Of a stretch of 64,000 bases of DNA, positions 10,207 through 19,730 are shown in pieces (within the stretch, counting starts at the first letter, position 1; each line of letters opens with the position of its first letter). The notes under the pieces are model-generated. The model saw only the letters and a list, made by a program, of their open reading frames with translations. It made no database searches and was not told the DNA's origin. The stretch comes from Alphaproteobacteria bacterium (GTDB lineage: Bacteria > Pseudomonadota > Alphaproteobacteria > MPNO01). The stretch covers positions 160,001 to 224,000 of the forward strand of contig OZ219865.1 in NCBI GenBank assembly GCA_964291675.2, read 5' to 3'. The translations under genes and the position numbers were made by a program.

Positions 10207-10382
10207 GGCCGGTAGACCGCCGGCGGGTCGGGGGATTCGGGCGGCTCGAACCCGTCGATGCGCTCGTACAGCGCCATGAACTGGGCGAAGTTCGCGGCGA
10301 CGCCAGGGCGCAGCGCGGGGTCGATCGCGATCCCCAGCACCGCGGCCGCCCGGTCGACGAAGGCTTCGGCGTCCTTCTCCAT
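10203..10382 (-). CDS. AtzG/HpxX-like (DUF4089) small amidase partner
   Basis: 59 aa, AAAVLGIAIDPALRPGVAANF...PPAVYRP, immediately upstream of the AtzE-like gene. Confidence 0.75.
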   Translation of the reverse strand: MEKDAEAFVDRAAAVLGIAIDPALRPGVAANFAQFMALYERIDGFEPPESPDPPAVYRP

Positions 10383-10541
10383 GGCTTGCCTTTCCGGTGA
10401 TTGCAGGCAACCTACACGAGCCCCGTTCGGCATGACAACGCACCGCGACCTCCTGCGTCAGTTCCCCGCTCCGCCGAGCTCCGCACGACCCCGCCCGCGT
10501 TTCGGTATTGATTTGGTATGGATTCGGCGCCATTTAAGGTC

Positions 10542-10805
10542 ATGGAATTCGAGTTCGATCCGGAGAAGAGCGCGACGAATAAGGACAAGCACGGAATCGA
10601 CTTCGATGACGCGCAGCCCCTTTGGGACGATCCGTGGCTGCTCGAAGTGCCGGCGCGCACGGTGGACGAGCCCCGCTTCATCGTCATCGGAAGGATCGGG
10701 AGCCGGCACTGGTCGGCGATTTGCACCCGCCGCGGCGAACGCATTCGGATCATCTCGGTCCGCCGCGCCCGCAAGGAGGAGGTTGAGCGCTATGAAGGGA
10801 CATGA
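10542..10805 (+). CDS. brnT: BrnT family toxin
   Basis: MEFEFDPEKSATNKDKHGIDF...IRIISVRRAR. Confidence 0.9.
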   Translation: MEFEFDPEKSATNKDKHGIDFDDAQPLWDDPWLLEVPARTVDEPRFIVIGRIGSRHWSAICTRRGERIRIISVRRARKEEVERYEGT

Positions 10806-11016
10806 GTTGGACCGGGCCTTCGACGGCGGGGAAGACGTGAGCCGGCACGTCGACTGGTCGCGGGCGCGGCGGGTCAACCTTGAGGCCAGGCGCGTCAACG
10901 TGGATTTCCCGGCCTGGGTTGTCGCCGCCCTGGACCGGCAGGCCAGAATTCACGGCGTCCCGCGGCAATCGCTCATCAAGCTCTGGATCGCCGAACGGCT
11001 GAAGCAGATGGACTGA
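10792..11016 (+). CDS. brnA: BrnA/CopG-type antitoxin
   Basis: RRVNVDFPAWVVAALD...RQSLIKLWIAERL; overlaps the brnT end. Confidence 0.85.
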   Translation: MKGHELDRAFDGGEDVSRHVDWSRARRVNLEARRVNVDFPAWVVAALDRQARIHGVPRQSLIKLWIAERLKQMD

Positions 11017-11080
11017 CGGGCGGCACGATTGCCCGGTTCGGCGGTTTCTTGCAGACTCGCGCCGACCGTCGGAGGACGCC

Positions 11081-12421
11081 ATGCCGGTACCGCAATCGGT
11101 CGCGACCAGCCGACTGCCGCTCGATCCCGCACGCCGCGATGCCGTGGAGCGCGCCGCCGCCGCGCTGGATGCGCGCTGGATGCAGGATCTGCTGGTGCGG
11201 CTGGTCGAGACCCCGAGCCCGTTCGGCGAGGAGCGCGCGATCGCCGAGCTGCTGGCGGGCGAGATGGACGGGATCGGGCTGGAGGCGGAGGTGCAGGCGC
11301 TCGATGCGCGCTCGGCCAACGCGATCGGCCGCCGCCGCGGCGCGCAAGACGGGCCCGAGCTGCTCCTGTTCGCGCCGCTCGACAGCCCGTTCACCGGCCG
11401 GGCGGAGGACGAAACCCCCTGGGTCGGCGACACCCTGCCCGACCACATGGTCGCGCGCGCGATCATGGGCGACGGCATTGTGACCGGGCTCGGCGCCGAC
11501 AACCCGAAGGCCCATATTGTATCCATTATCGGCGCGATCAGGGCCGTTCTTGCGGCTGGAATCGAGCTGTCAGGCGAGATCGTGGCCGCGTTCGGCGCGG
11601 GCGGCGCGCCGGCCAATCCGCGCCCCGGCGACGACCGGCCCGTGGTCGGGCACGGGCGCGGCTGCCGGCACATGCTGGCGCACGGCCTCGACCCCGATTT
11701 CGCCGTCGTCGCCAAGCCGGGCTACGCGGTCGCCTGGGAGGAGGTCGGGCTCTGCTGGTTCCGCATCCGGGTGCGCGGCGTGCAGACCTATGTCGGGCGC
11801 AAGCACGTGCTGGCCTATCGCAACCCGATCGCCGATGCGGCGAAGATCGTCGCCGGGCTCGAAGCCTGGTTCGACGACTACGCGAGGCGCCACACCGACG
11901 GGCTGGTCGCGCCGCAGGGCGCGGTGGGCGCGATCCAGGGCGGCTGGACCTACAAGCCGTCGATGGTGCCGGCCGCCTGCGACCTCTATGTCGACATGCG
12001 GATCGGCCCGCGCACGACGCCCGGCGAGGCGAGGCGGGAGCTCGAAGCGGCGCTCGCCGGCATCGCCGCCCGGCATGACGGGCTGGAGGCCGAATGCGAG
12101 GCGATCCTCGCCATTCCCGGCGCGGGCACCGATCCGCGAAGCTGGATCATCCAGTCGGCGATCCGCGGCTACGAGGACACCGAGGCAGAGCCCCACGCGC
12201 CGTTCCTCGAGACCAGCGGCCAGACCGAGGCGGTGATATTGCGCGCCGCCGGGATACCCACCGCGCGGTTCGGCCTGCCCGCCGCGATGACCGCCGCCGC
12301 CGGCCGGCCGCGTCATTCGATGGGGCGGGTCGAGATCGCGGGAATGCTGCGCTATGCGCGCTGCCTGGTCTATGCCATCGTCGACACCTGCACGCGGTCG
12401 AGGGCGGAGGTCGGGCTGTGA
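11081..12421 (+). CDS. M20/ArgE-DapE family protein with degenerate metal-binding motifs
   Basis: M20 architecture (LVETPSPFGEE; dimerisation domain DLYVDMRIGP), but key ligands are substituted. Confidence 0.75.
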   Translation: MPVPQSVATSRLPLDPARRDAVERAAAALDARWMQDLLVRLVETPSPFGEERAIAELLAGEMDGIGLEAEVQALDARSANAIGRRRGAQDGPELLLFAPLDSPFTGRAEDETPWVGDTLPDHMVARAIMGDGIVTGLGADNPKAHIVSIIGAIRAVLAAGIELSGEIVAAFGAGGAPANPRPGDDRPVVGHGRGCRHMLAHGLDPDFAVVAKPGYAVAWEEVGLCWFRIRVRGVQTYVGRKHVLAYRNPIADAAKIVAGLEAWFDDYARRHTDGLVAPQGAVGAIQGGWTYKPSMVPAACDLYVDMRIGPRTTPGEARRELEAALAGIAARHDGLEAECEAILAIPGAGTDPRSWIIQSAIRGYEDTEAEPHAPFLETSGQTEAVILRAAGIPTARFGLPAAMTAAAGRPRHSMGRVEIAGMLRYARCLVYAIVDTCTRSRAEVGL

Positions 12422-13521
12422 GCGCCGCCATGGAGGGCAACGGGCGCTGGGTGCGCTACGCGGCGGCGGCCGAAGGGCTGCCGGAATACTGGCACCCGGC
12501 GATGCCGTCGTCGAAGCTCGGGAACCGGCCGAAGGCGTGGCGGCTGCTCGGGCGCGACCTCGTCCTGCTGCGCCACGCCGGCAGGGCCTACGCGCTTGAG
12601 GACCGCTGCCCGCACCGCCACATCCCGTTGTCCAGGGGGCGCTGCGAGTTCCCCGGCACGATCACCTGCGTCTATCACGGCTGGACCTTCGACCTGGCGG
12701 ACGGGCGGCTGGTCGCCGCGCTCACCGACGGGCCCGACTCGCCGGTGCGCGGCAAGGCCCGGGTGCGGCGCTACCCCGTCGAGGAGCGCTGCGGCATGGT
12801 GTGGGTGTGGATGGGGGAGGGGTCGCCGGTGCCGGTCGAGGACGACATCCCCGACGAGCTGTTGCGCCCGGACGCCCGAATCTACGCGCTCTACCGCCAG
12901 GCCCGGGGCGACTGGCGCCACGCCGCCGAGAACGGCTTCGACGAGGCGCATGGCAAGATGCTGCACCGCAGCTCCTGGTGGGTGGCGTTCCGCCGCATGG
13001 CGGGGTGGAACGAGACCGAGATCGTGCGCGGCGAGAACGACCGCTGGCTCAGCCGCTACCAGCATTCGGTGCACGAGGACGACGACTACCCCGGGCTCGG
13101 CCGCTGGCCGCGCTTCAATTTCTGGCAGCGCCGGCGCAAGACCGTGGCGCAGGGCTCGAACGAGCACGCGGTGTCGATCCGCCTGCCGGCCAATCTCCGG
13201 GTGCGCCAGCCCGGCCGGTCCAACTGGACCCACTACGAGTGGTACACGCCGATCGAGCGCGGCCGCTATCACTATCTCGTGTTCGCGGTGGCCTGGGCGA
13301 AGGGCTGGCGCCGGGCGCTCTGGTGGCTGCGCTACTGGAGCTACATCCTCTGGGTCCACCACTACGACTTCAACAACCAGGACCTGTCGGTGGTGCCGCA
13401 TATGGGCGACAGCCACCCCGCGGCGTCCTTCCGCCCCGACGTCTCGATCGAGGCCTGGCGCAGGATGGTGGAGGAGGAGGCGCGAACCCCGGTCGCGGGA
13501 GGCAGCGCGGCCGCCGAATAG
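12418..13521 (+). CDS. Rieske non-heme iron oxygenase alpha subunit (CarAa/OxoO-like)
   Basis: Rieske motif CPHR...CVYHGW; mononuclear Fe motif ENGFDEAHGKMLH; GTG at 12418 or ATG at 12430. Confidence 0.88.
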   Translation: MSAAMEGNGRWVRYAAAAEGLPEYWHPAMPSSKLGNRPKAWRLLGRDLVLLRHAGRAYALEDRCPHRHIPLSRGRCEFPGTITCVYHGWTFDLADGRLVAALTDGPDSPVRGKARVRRYPVEERCGMVWVWMGEGSPVPVEDDIPDELLRPDARIYALYRQARGDWRHAAENGFDEAHGKMLHRSSWWVAFRRMAGWNETEIVRGENDRWLSRYQHSVHEDDDYPGLGRWPRFNFWQRRRKTVAQGSNEHAVSIRLPANLRVRQPGRSNWTHYEWYTPIERGRYHYLVFAVAWAKGWRRALWWLRYWSYILWVHHYDFNNQDLSVVPHMGDSHPAASFRPDVSIEAWRRMVEEEARTPVAGGSAAAE

Positions 13522-13543
13522 GCGGACACCCGACCACCGGCGT

Positions 13544-13966
13544 TCACGTCCCGGTCCACGGGTCGATTGCCGCGACGCCCGTGGTTTCGAAGTCGGACAG
13601 GTTGCCGGTGACGACCGTCATCCCGTGCACCAGGGCGGTGGCGGCGATCAGCGCATCGCGCTCCGACCGTGGATCGGGCACGTGCAGCCGGGCGCATTGG
13701 AGGGCCACGGCGGCATCGACAGGCAGCGTGCGTTGCAGAAACTCGGGCAGGACGTGGCGGTCCATCCAGCGCCGCAGCCGCTCCCCCTGCGCCGTGTCGC
13801 GCCGTTCGACGCGCAAGATACCGATTTCGAGCTCCATCAGCGTCAGCGCGGAAATGTAGTAGCTCTCGGCATCCTGCCCGGATATCCACGCGGCGACGCG
13901 GGTATCCGCCTTTCCGTCGCCGAGCTTTCGCAACTCCGAGACGACGTTCGTGTCGAGCAGGAACAT
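13544..13966 (-). CDS. vapC: VapC PIN-domain toxin
   Basis: MFLLDTNVVSELRK...DALIAATALVHGMTVVTGN. Confidence 0.92.
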   Translation of the reverse strand: MFLLDTNVVSELRKLGDGKADTRVAAWISGQDAESYYISALTLMELEIGILRVERRDTAQGERLRRWMDRHVLPEFLQRTLPVDAAVALQCARLHVPDPRSERDALIAATALVHGMTVVTGNLSDFETTGVAAIDPWTGT

Positions 13967-14220
13967 CAGGAGAGATCGGCCCGGGGACTCTGGATGCGAA
14001 GGCGCGCCGGCTCGAAATCGATATCGGCCAGCCCCGCCATGGAGAGCGACTCGGCGAGGTTGCGGCTCTTTCCCGCCAGCCGCCGGTAGTCTTCGATGCT
14101 GAGCAGCACATGCGCGGGCCTGCCCCGGTCGGTGATGATCACCGGTCCCGATTTCGCCGCCCGCTTCGCCCGCGCGAGATCCTGGTTGAGTTCGCGGCTG
14201 GTGAACGTCGTGACGGTCAT
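13966..14220 (-). CDS. Phd/YefM family antitoxin
   Basis: TSRELNQDLARAKRAAKSGPVIITDRGRPAHVLLSIEDY. Confidence 0.9.
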   Translation of the reverse strand: MTVTTFTSRELNQDLARAKRAAKSGPVIITDRGRPAHVLLSIEDYRRLAGKSRNLAESLSMAGLADIDFEPARLRIQSPRADLS

Positions 14221-14239
14221 GGCAAGTCCGGGCGATTCA

Positions 14240-14257
14240 TGTAGTCACGATACTACA
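14240..14257. promoter_or_regulatory. Palindromic operator upstream of the phd-vapC operon
   Basis: TGTAGT-N6-ACTACA perfect inverted repeat about 20 bp upstream of the antitoxin start. Confidence 0.5.
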
Positions 14258-14386
14258 ATCAGGCGCGGCGCGGTAGGAAACCGGAGCACATGCACCGCCG
14301 CCGCGCCGACAACGGGTTTGACAATTGCGGCCCGACGGTGGAACTTGCCGGTTCACCAAAAATCGTTGACCAGACAGGGGGACGAA

Positions 14387-15559
14387 ATGAGGTTTCGAAT
14401 TGCGCTGATCGCGCCGGCGCTGGCGCTGGCGGCGACGCCGGCCCTGGTCCAGGGCGCGGAGATCAGGATCGGCTACATCAACACCTTCTCGGGCGGCGCC
14501 GCGGTCTACGGCAAGCACCAGAAGGACGGTCTCGAACTCGCCCTCGACCACCTCGGCTGGAAGATGGGCGGTCTCGACGTGAAGATGATCTACGGCGACG
14601 ACCAGCGGAAGCCCGACGTGGGCCGCCAGCAGGCCGACAAGCTGCTCAAGAAGGACAAGGTGCATGTCGTCGCCGGCATCACCTGGTCGAACGTGCTGGC
14701 CGCGGTTCAGAAGCGGGTGATCCGGGCGAAGAAGATCCTGATCTCGACCAATGCCGGCTGGTCGGCGATGGCCGGCAAGAACTGCAGCCCGTATTTCTTC
14801 ACCACCTCGTGGAACAACGACCAGACGCCCGAGGCGATGGGCGAGCTGATGAACCAGGAGAAGCTCGACAACGTGTTCCTGATCTCGGCCAACTACCAGG
14901 CCGGCAAGGACATGCTGACCGGGTTCGAGCGGACCTACAAGGGCAAGGTCGCCAAGCGCATCCTCTACCGCCTCGGCCAGCGCGACTACCAGGCCGAGAT
15001 CTCGCAGATCCGCGCCGCCAAGCCGGCGGCGCTGTTCGGCTTCGTGCCCGGGCCCATGGGGATCGCCTTCGTCAAGCAGTACCGGGCGGCCGGGCTGCAC
15101 GAGAAGATCCCGTTCTACTCGGTGTTCACGGTCGATTACCTCACGCTCGGCGGCCACGGCAAGGCGGCGATCGGCACCTATCACACGTCATACTGGAACA
15201 ACAATTCCGACGATCCGGTGAACAAGCGGTTCATCGCCGACTTCAAGAAGAAATACGGCTATCACCCGTCGATGTTCTCCGCCCAGGCCTATGACATGCC
15301 GATGCTGGTCGACAGCGGTGTCAGGGGCGCCAAGGGGAATCCCGACGACGTGCGGGCCATGGTCGCCGAAATGGAGAAGGCGGACTTCCCGTCGACGCGC
15401 GGGAAATTCGCCTACAACACCAACCATATTCCGATCCAGAACTTCTACCGGCGCGAGGTTCGCGCGGATGCCGACGGCAATCCGGTGATCGTGACCACCG
15501 GCGTGGTCAAGGAGAACCACAAGGATTCCTACTACAAGCAGTGCAAGTTCAAGTGGTAG
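14387..15559 (+). CDS. ABC transporter substrate-binding protein (Liv/type I periplasmic-binding family)
   Basis: Signal peptide MRFRIALIAPALALAA; GDDQRKPDVG, NYQAGKD, AQAYD. Confidence 0.9.
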   Translation: MRFRIALIAPALALAATPALVQGAEIRIGYINTFSGGAAVYGKHQKDGLELALDHLGWKMGGLDVKMIYGDDQRKPDVGRQQADKLLKKDKVHVVAGITWSNVLAAVQKRVIRAKKILISTNAGWSAMAGKNCSPYFFTTSWNNDQTPEAMGELMNQEKLDNVFLISANYQAGKDMLTGFERTYKGKVAKRILYRLGQRDYQAEISQIRAAKPAALFGFVPGPMGIAFVKQYRAAGLHEKIPFYSVFTVDYLTLGGHGKAAIGTYHTSYWNNNSDDPVNKRFIADFKKKYGYHPSMFSAQAYDMPMLVDSGVRGAKGNPDDVRAMVAEMEKADFPSTRGKFAYNTNHIPIQNFYRREVRADADGNPVIVTTGVVKENHKDSYYKQCKFKW

Positions 15560-15570
15560 GCACCGGGATC

Positions 15571-15595
15571 GCGGGCGGGGCCTGACCCCGCCCGT
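15571..15595 (+). terminator. Stem-loop after the substrate-binding gene (attenuator or mRNA stabiliser)
   Basis: gcgggcgggg-cctga-ccccgcccgt hairpin without a strong U-tract. Confidence 0.5.
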
Positions 15596-15646
15596 TCCCC
15601 CGCGCACTCGGACACGCTCTCCTATCCGGCCGATCCAGCTTTTCGC

Positions 15647-16570
15647 ATGACTTGGCTCCTGCTCATCGAGCAGACGTTGAACGGCGCTCAGTTCGGCGTC
15701 TTCCTGTTCCTGGTATCCGCCGGGCTGACGCTGGTGCTCGGCATCATGAACGTCGTCAACCTGGCGCACGGCTCGCTGTTCATGCTGGGCGCCTACTACG
15801 CGGCGACCTTTTTCGGCCTGACCGGCAGCTTCCTGCTGGCGCTGGTCATCATGGTGCCGCTGGCGCTGATCAGCGGCATCGTCATCGAGGTGGTGGCGCT
15901 CCGGACCATGTACGACCGCGACCACATGGACCAGGTGCTGGCGACCTTCGGGCTGATCCTGTTCTTCAACGAGTCGGTCCGCCTGGTGTGGGGGCCCGAG
16001 AGCCAGCCGATGCCGGTGCCGGGCTTCCTCGACGGCAGCGTCGAAATCTTGCCGGAGACGCCCTATCCGGTGTTCCGGATCGTGATAATCCTGGTCGGGC
16101 TGGCGATCGGCGCCGCGCTCTACTTCCTGATCTCCCGGACCAAGATGGGCATGCTGATCCGCGCCGGCGCGAGCAACCGGGCGATGGTGGGCGCGCTCGG
16201 CGTCAATATCCGCCTGCTCTACACGCTCGTCTTCGGCCTCGGCGCGATCCTCGCCGGGATCGCCGGAATGATGGCCGGGCCGATCCAGTCGGTCGAGCCC
16301 GGCATGGGCGAGGACATGCTGATCCTCGCCTTCGTGGTGATCGTGATCGGCGGCATCGGCTCGATCCGGGGCGCCGTCATCGCCTCGGTGCTGATCGGCA
16401 TCGTCGAGGTGGTGGGGCGCTCCATCCTGCCGTTTGCGATGTCCAACTTCATGGGCGAGGACGCCGCCCAGACCGCGGGCCCCGCGGTCGCCTCGATGCT
16501 GATCTACGTGCTGATGGCCGCCGTGCTGTTCTTCAAGCCGGCCGGGCTGTTCCCGGCGCAATCGGGATGA
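15647..16570 (+). CDS. Branched-chain amino acid-type ABC permease (LivH-like)
   Basis: GLTLVLGIMNVVNLAHGSLFMLGAY; VIVIGGIGS. Confidence 0.92.
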   Translation: MTWLLLIEQTLNGAQFGVFLFLVSAGLTLVLGIMNVVNLAHGSLFMLGAYYAATFFGLTGSFLLALVIMVPLALISGIVIEVVALRTMYDRDHMDQVLATFGLILFFNESVRLVWGPESQPMPVPGFLDGSVEILPETPYPVFRIVIILVGLAIGAALYFLISRTKMGMLIRAGASNRAMVGALGVNIRLLYTLVFGLGAILAGIAGMMAGPIQSVEPGMGEDMLILAFVVIVIGGIGSIRGAVIASVLIGIVEVVGRSILPFAMSNFMGEDAAQTAGPAVASMLIYVLMAAVLFFKPAGLFPAQSG

Positions 16571-16574
16571 GCCG

Positions 16575-17543
16575 ATGATCGACCGCATCAAGCTCGCCTT
16601 CCTGATCGCCGGCATCGTCGTCTGCGCCCTGGTGCCGCCCGTCGCCGGCGCGACCGGGGACGATTTCTATGTCTCGCTGTTCGCCCGCATCATGATCTTT
16701 GCCATCGCAGCGGTGAGCCTCGACCTGATCCTCGGCTTCGGCGGGATGATCAGCTTCGGCCACGCCGCCTATCTCGGGCTCGGCGCCTACGCGGTCGGCA
16801 TCTTCTCGTATTACGGCATCAATAACGGCTTCCTCCAGTTCTTCGTCGCCATCGTGGGCTCCGCCCTGGTCGCGCTGGTCATCGGGGCGATCTGCCTGAG
16901 GACGCGCGGGATCTATTTCATCATGATCACGCTCGCGCTTACCCAGATGCTGTACTTCCTCGGCATCAGCCTGGAGGAGTATGGCGGCGACGACGGGCTG
17001 AACACCGACCGCAGCGAGTTCTTCGCCTGGTTCGACCTCTACGAGGAGGTCAATCTCTACTACCTGATCCTCGGCTTCCTGATCCTCTGCGTGTTCGTCA
17101 TGCACCGGGTGATCAACTCGCGCTTCGGCATGGTGGTGCGCGGCTGCCACGCCAACGAGGACCGGATGCAGGCGATCGGCTTCCCGACCTTCCGCTACAA
17201 GCTCGCCGCCTTCGTGATCTCGGGCACGATGTGCGGCATCGCCGGCGCCCTGCTCGCCAACCTCACCGAGTTCGTGACGCCCGAGTTCATGCACTGGTTC
17301 CGCTCGGGCGAGATCATGATCATGGTGCTGGTGGGCGGCATGGGCTCGCTGTTCGGCCCCGCCTTCGGGGCGGCGGCCTATCTCCTGTTCGAGGAATGGG
17401 TGCCCGATCTGATGGAGGCCGTGGCCACCGGCACCGGCCAGAACTGGCACTTCATCTTCGGCCCGCTGCTGGTGATCCTGGTGCTGTTCGCCAAGCAGGG
17501 GCTGTGGGGGCTGATCCCCGACCGCAGCCGGCGCGATGGCTGA
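16575..17543 (+). CDS. Branched-chain amino acid-type ABC permease (LivM-like)
   Basis: SLDLILGFGGMISFGHAAY; RTRGIYFIMITLA. Confidence 0.92.
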   Translation: MIDRIKLAFLIAGIVVCALVPPVAGATGDDFYVSLFARIMIFAIAAVSLDLILGFGGMISFGHAAYLGLGAYAVGIFSYYGINNGFLQFFVAIVGSALVALVIGAICLRTRGIYFIMITLALTQMLYFLGISLEEYGGDDGLNTDRSEFFAWFDLYEEVNLYYLILGFLILCVFVMHRVINSRFGMVVRGCHANEDRMQAIGFPTFRYKLAAFVISGTMCGIAGALLANLTEFVTPEFMHWFRSGEIMIMVLVGGMGSLFGPAFGAAAYLLFEEWVPDLMEAVATGTGQNWHFIFGPLLVILVLFAKQGLWGLIPDRSRRDG

Positions 17544-18289
17544 TCCCATCCTCAGGGTCGAGGGGCTCAACAAGAGCTTCGGCGGCGTCGTCGCCACGCA
17601 CAATCTCGACTTCGAGGTCGAGCCGGGCGAGATCCACGCGGTGATCGGCCCCAACGGCGCCGGCAAGACGACCCTCGTCGCCCAGCTCTCCGGCATGCTC
17701 AAGCCGGATAGCGGGCGTATCGTGTTCGACGGCAACGACGTGACCGAGCTGTCGGCGCCGGCGCGCTCGCATGCCGGGCTCGCCCGGTCGTTCCAGATCA
17801 CCAGCGTGTTCCGCAGCTTCACCGCGCTGCAGAACGTGGCGCTGTCGATCCAGGCGCATTCCGGGCACAGCTTCCGCATGTGGAAGCCGGCCGCCACCGA
17901 TGCGGCGCTCAACGACCCGGCGCGGGACATCCTGGAACAGGTCGGGCTCGGCGCGCGCGCCGACATCCTCGCCGCCAACCTCGCCCATGGCGAGCAGCGC
18001 CAGCTCGAGATCGCCATGGCGCTCGCCACCCGCCCCAAGCTGCTGCTGCTCGACGAGCCGACGGCCGGCATGGGGCCGGAGGACACCCAGCGCATCACCG
18101 AATTCCTCGCCGGGCTCAAGGGCACCTATTCGATGCTGCTGATCGAGCACGACATGGATACCGTGTTCGCCCTCGCCGACCGCATCACCGTGCTGGTCTA
18201 CGGCCGGGCGATCGCCACCGGCACGCCGCAGGCGATCCGCGCCAATGACGAGGTCAGGGCCGCCTATCTCGGCGAGGAGGAGGCGGAAA

Positions 18290-18297
<8 letters not shown>
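17536..18297 (+). CDS. ABC ATP-binding protein (LivG-like)
   Basis: GPNGAGKTT, LLLLDEPTAG, IEHDM. Confidence 0.93.
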
Positions 18298-18991
<694 letters not shown>

Positions 18992-18995
18992 GCCC

Positions 18996-19490
18996 TCAGG
19001 CCGCGCGGCAGTTCGGGCAGAGCCCGCTGATCTCCACCGTATGGTCGCGGCAGACGAAGCCCTCGGCCGCCGCGCCGCGCTCGATCGCGCGCTCGATGTC
19101 GGGGTCGTTGAGCTCGGCCGCCGTGCCGCAGGCGGTGCACAGCAGGAACTGCCCGGCACCCCGATGGCCGGGGCGGGAGCAGCCGACGAAGGCGTTCAGC
19201 GACGACAGCCGGTGCACCAGCCCCTGGGTGAGCAGGAACTCCAGCGCGCGATAGACCGTGGGCGGGGCGGGAGAATGCCCCTCGCCGGAAAGCACTTCCA
19301 GAATGGCGTAGGCGCCGAGCGGACGGTGGCCCTGCCAGATGATTTCCAGCACCCGCCGGCGCACCGGCGTGAGCCGCACCCCGCGCTCGCTGCACACCGC
19401 GATCGCATCCTCCAGCGCGGTCGCCACGCAATCGCCGTGGTCGTGCTGGTCGGGAAGGAACCCGCCATTCCGCTCGTGCAGGCTGTTCAT
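18996..19490 (-). CDS. zur: Fur-family regulator, Zur-like
   Basis: HDHGDC N-terminus, RLTPVRRRVLE, PPTVYRALEFL, two CxxC pairs; divergent from a zinc uptake operon. Confidence 0.85.
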   Translation of the reverse strand: MNSLHERNGGFLPDQHDHGDCVATALEDAIAVCSERGVRLTPVRRRVLEIIWQGHRPLGAYAILEVLSGEGHSPAPPTVYRALEFLLTQGLVHRLSSLNAFVGCSRPGHRGAGQFLLCTACGTAAELNDPDIERAIERGAAAEGFVCRDHTVEISGLCPNCRAA

Positions 19491-19625
19491 GACACTCGGT
19501 CTCCGGTGTCGACCGGTCCGGCGGCGCGCCCGGGCGGCTAGCCTACACCACCGCGCTGCCCCGGGCGAGCCGGCTGGCGCTCCGATGCGTCCGCCCGCCC
19601 GGGTTGCGGTTGCCGACTGGTTCGT

Positions 19626-19662
19626 ATTGTTATAATATATCTGTAAGGTTATCATATTGCTA
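19626..19662. promoter_or_regulatory. Tandem Zur-box-like sites
   Basis: attGTTATAaTATATCtgt and aagGTTATCaTATTGCta resemble the proteobacterial Zur consensus TGTTATA-N-TATAACA; AT-rich patch in GC-rich DNA. Confidence 0.7.
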
Positions 19663-19730
19663 TTCGACACGCTGGCGCTGCTGCGCACGGGCAGGCCCGC
19701 AACGGGAAATTTGGCTTGGAGGAGAGTGCA

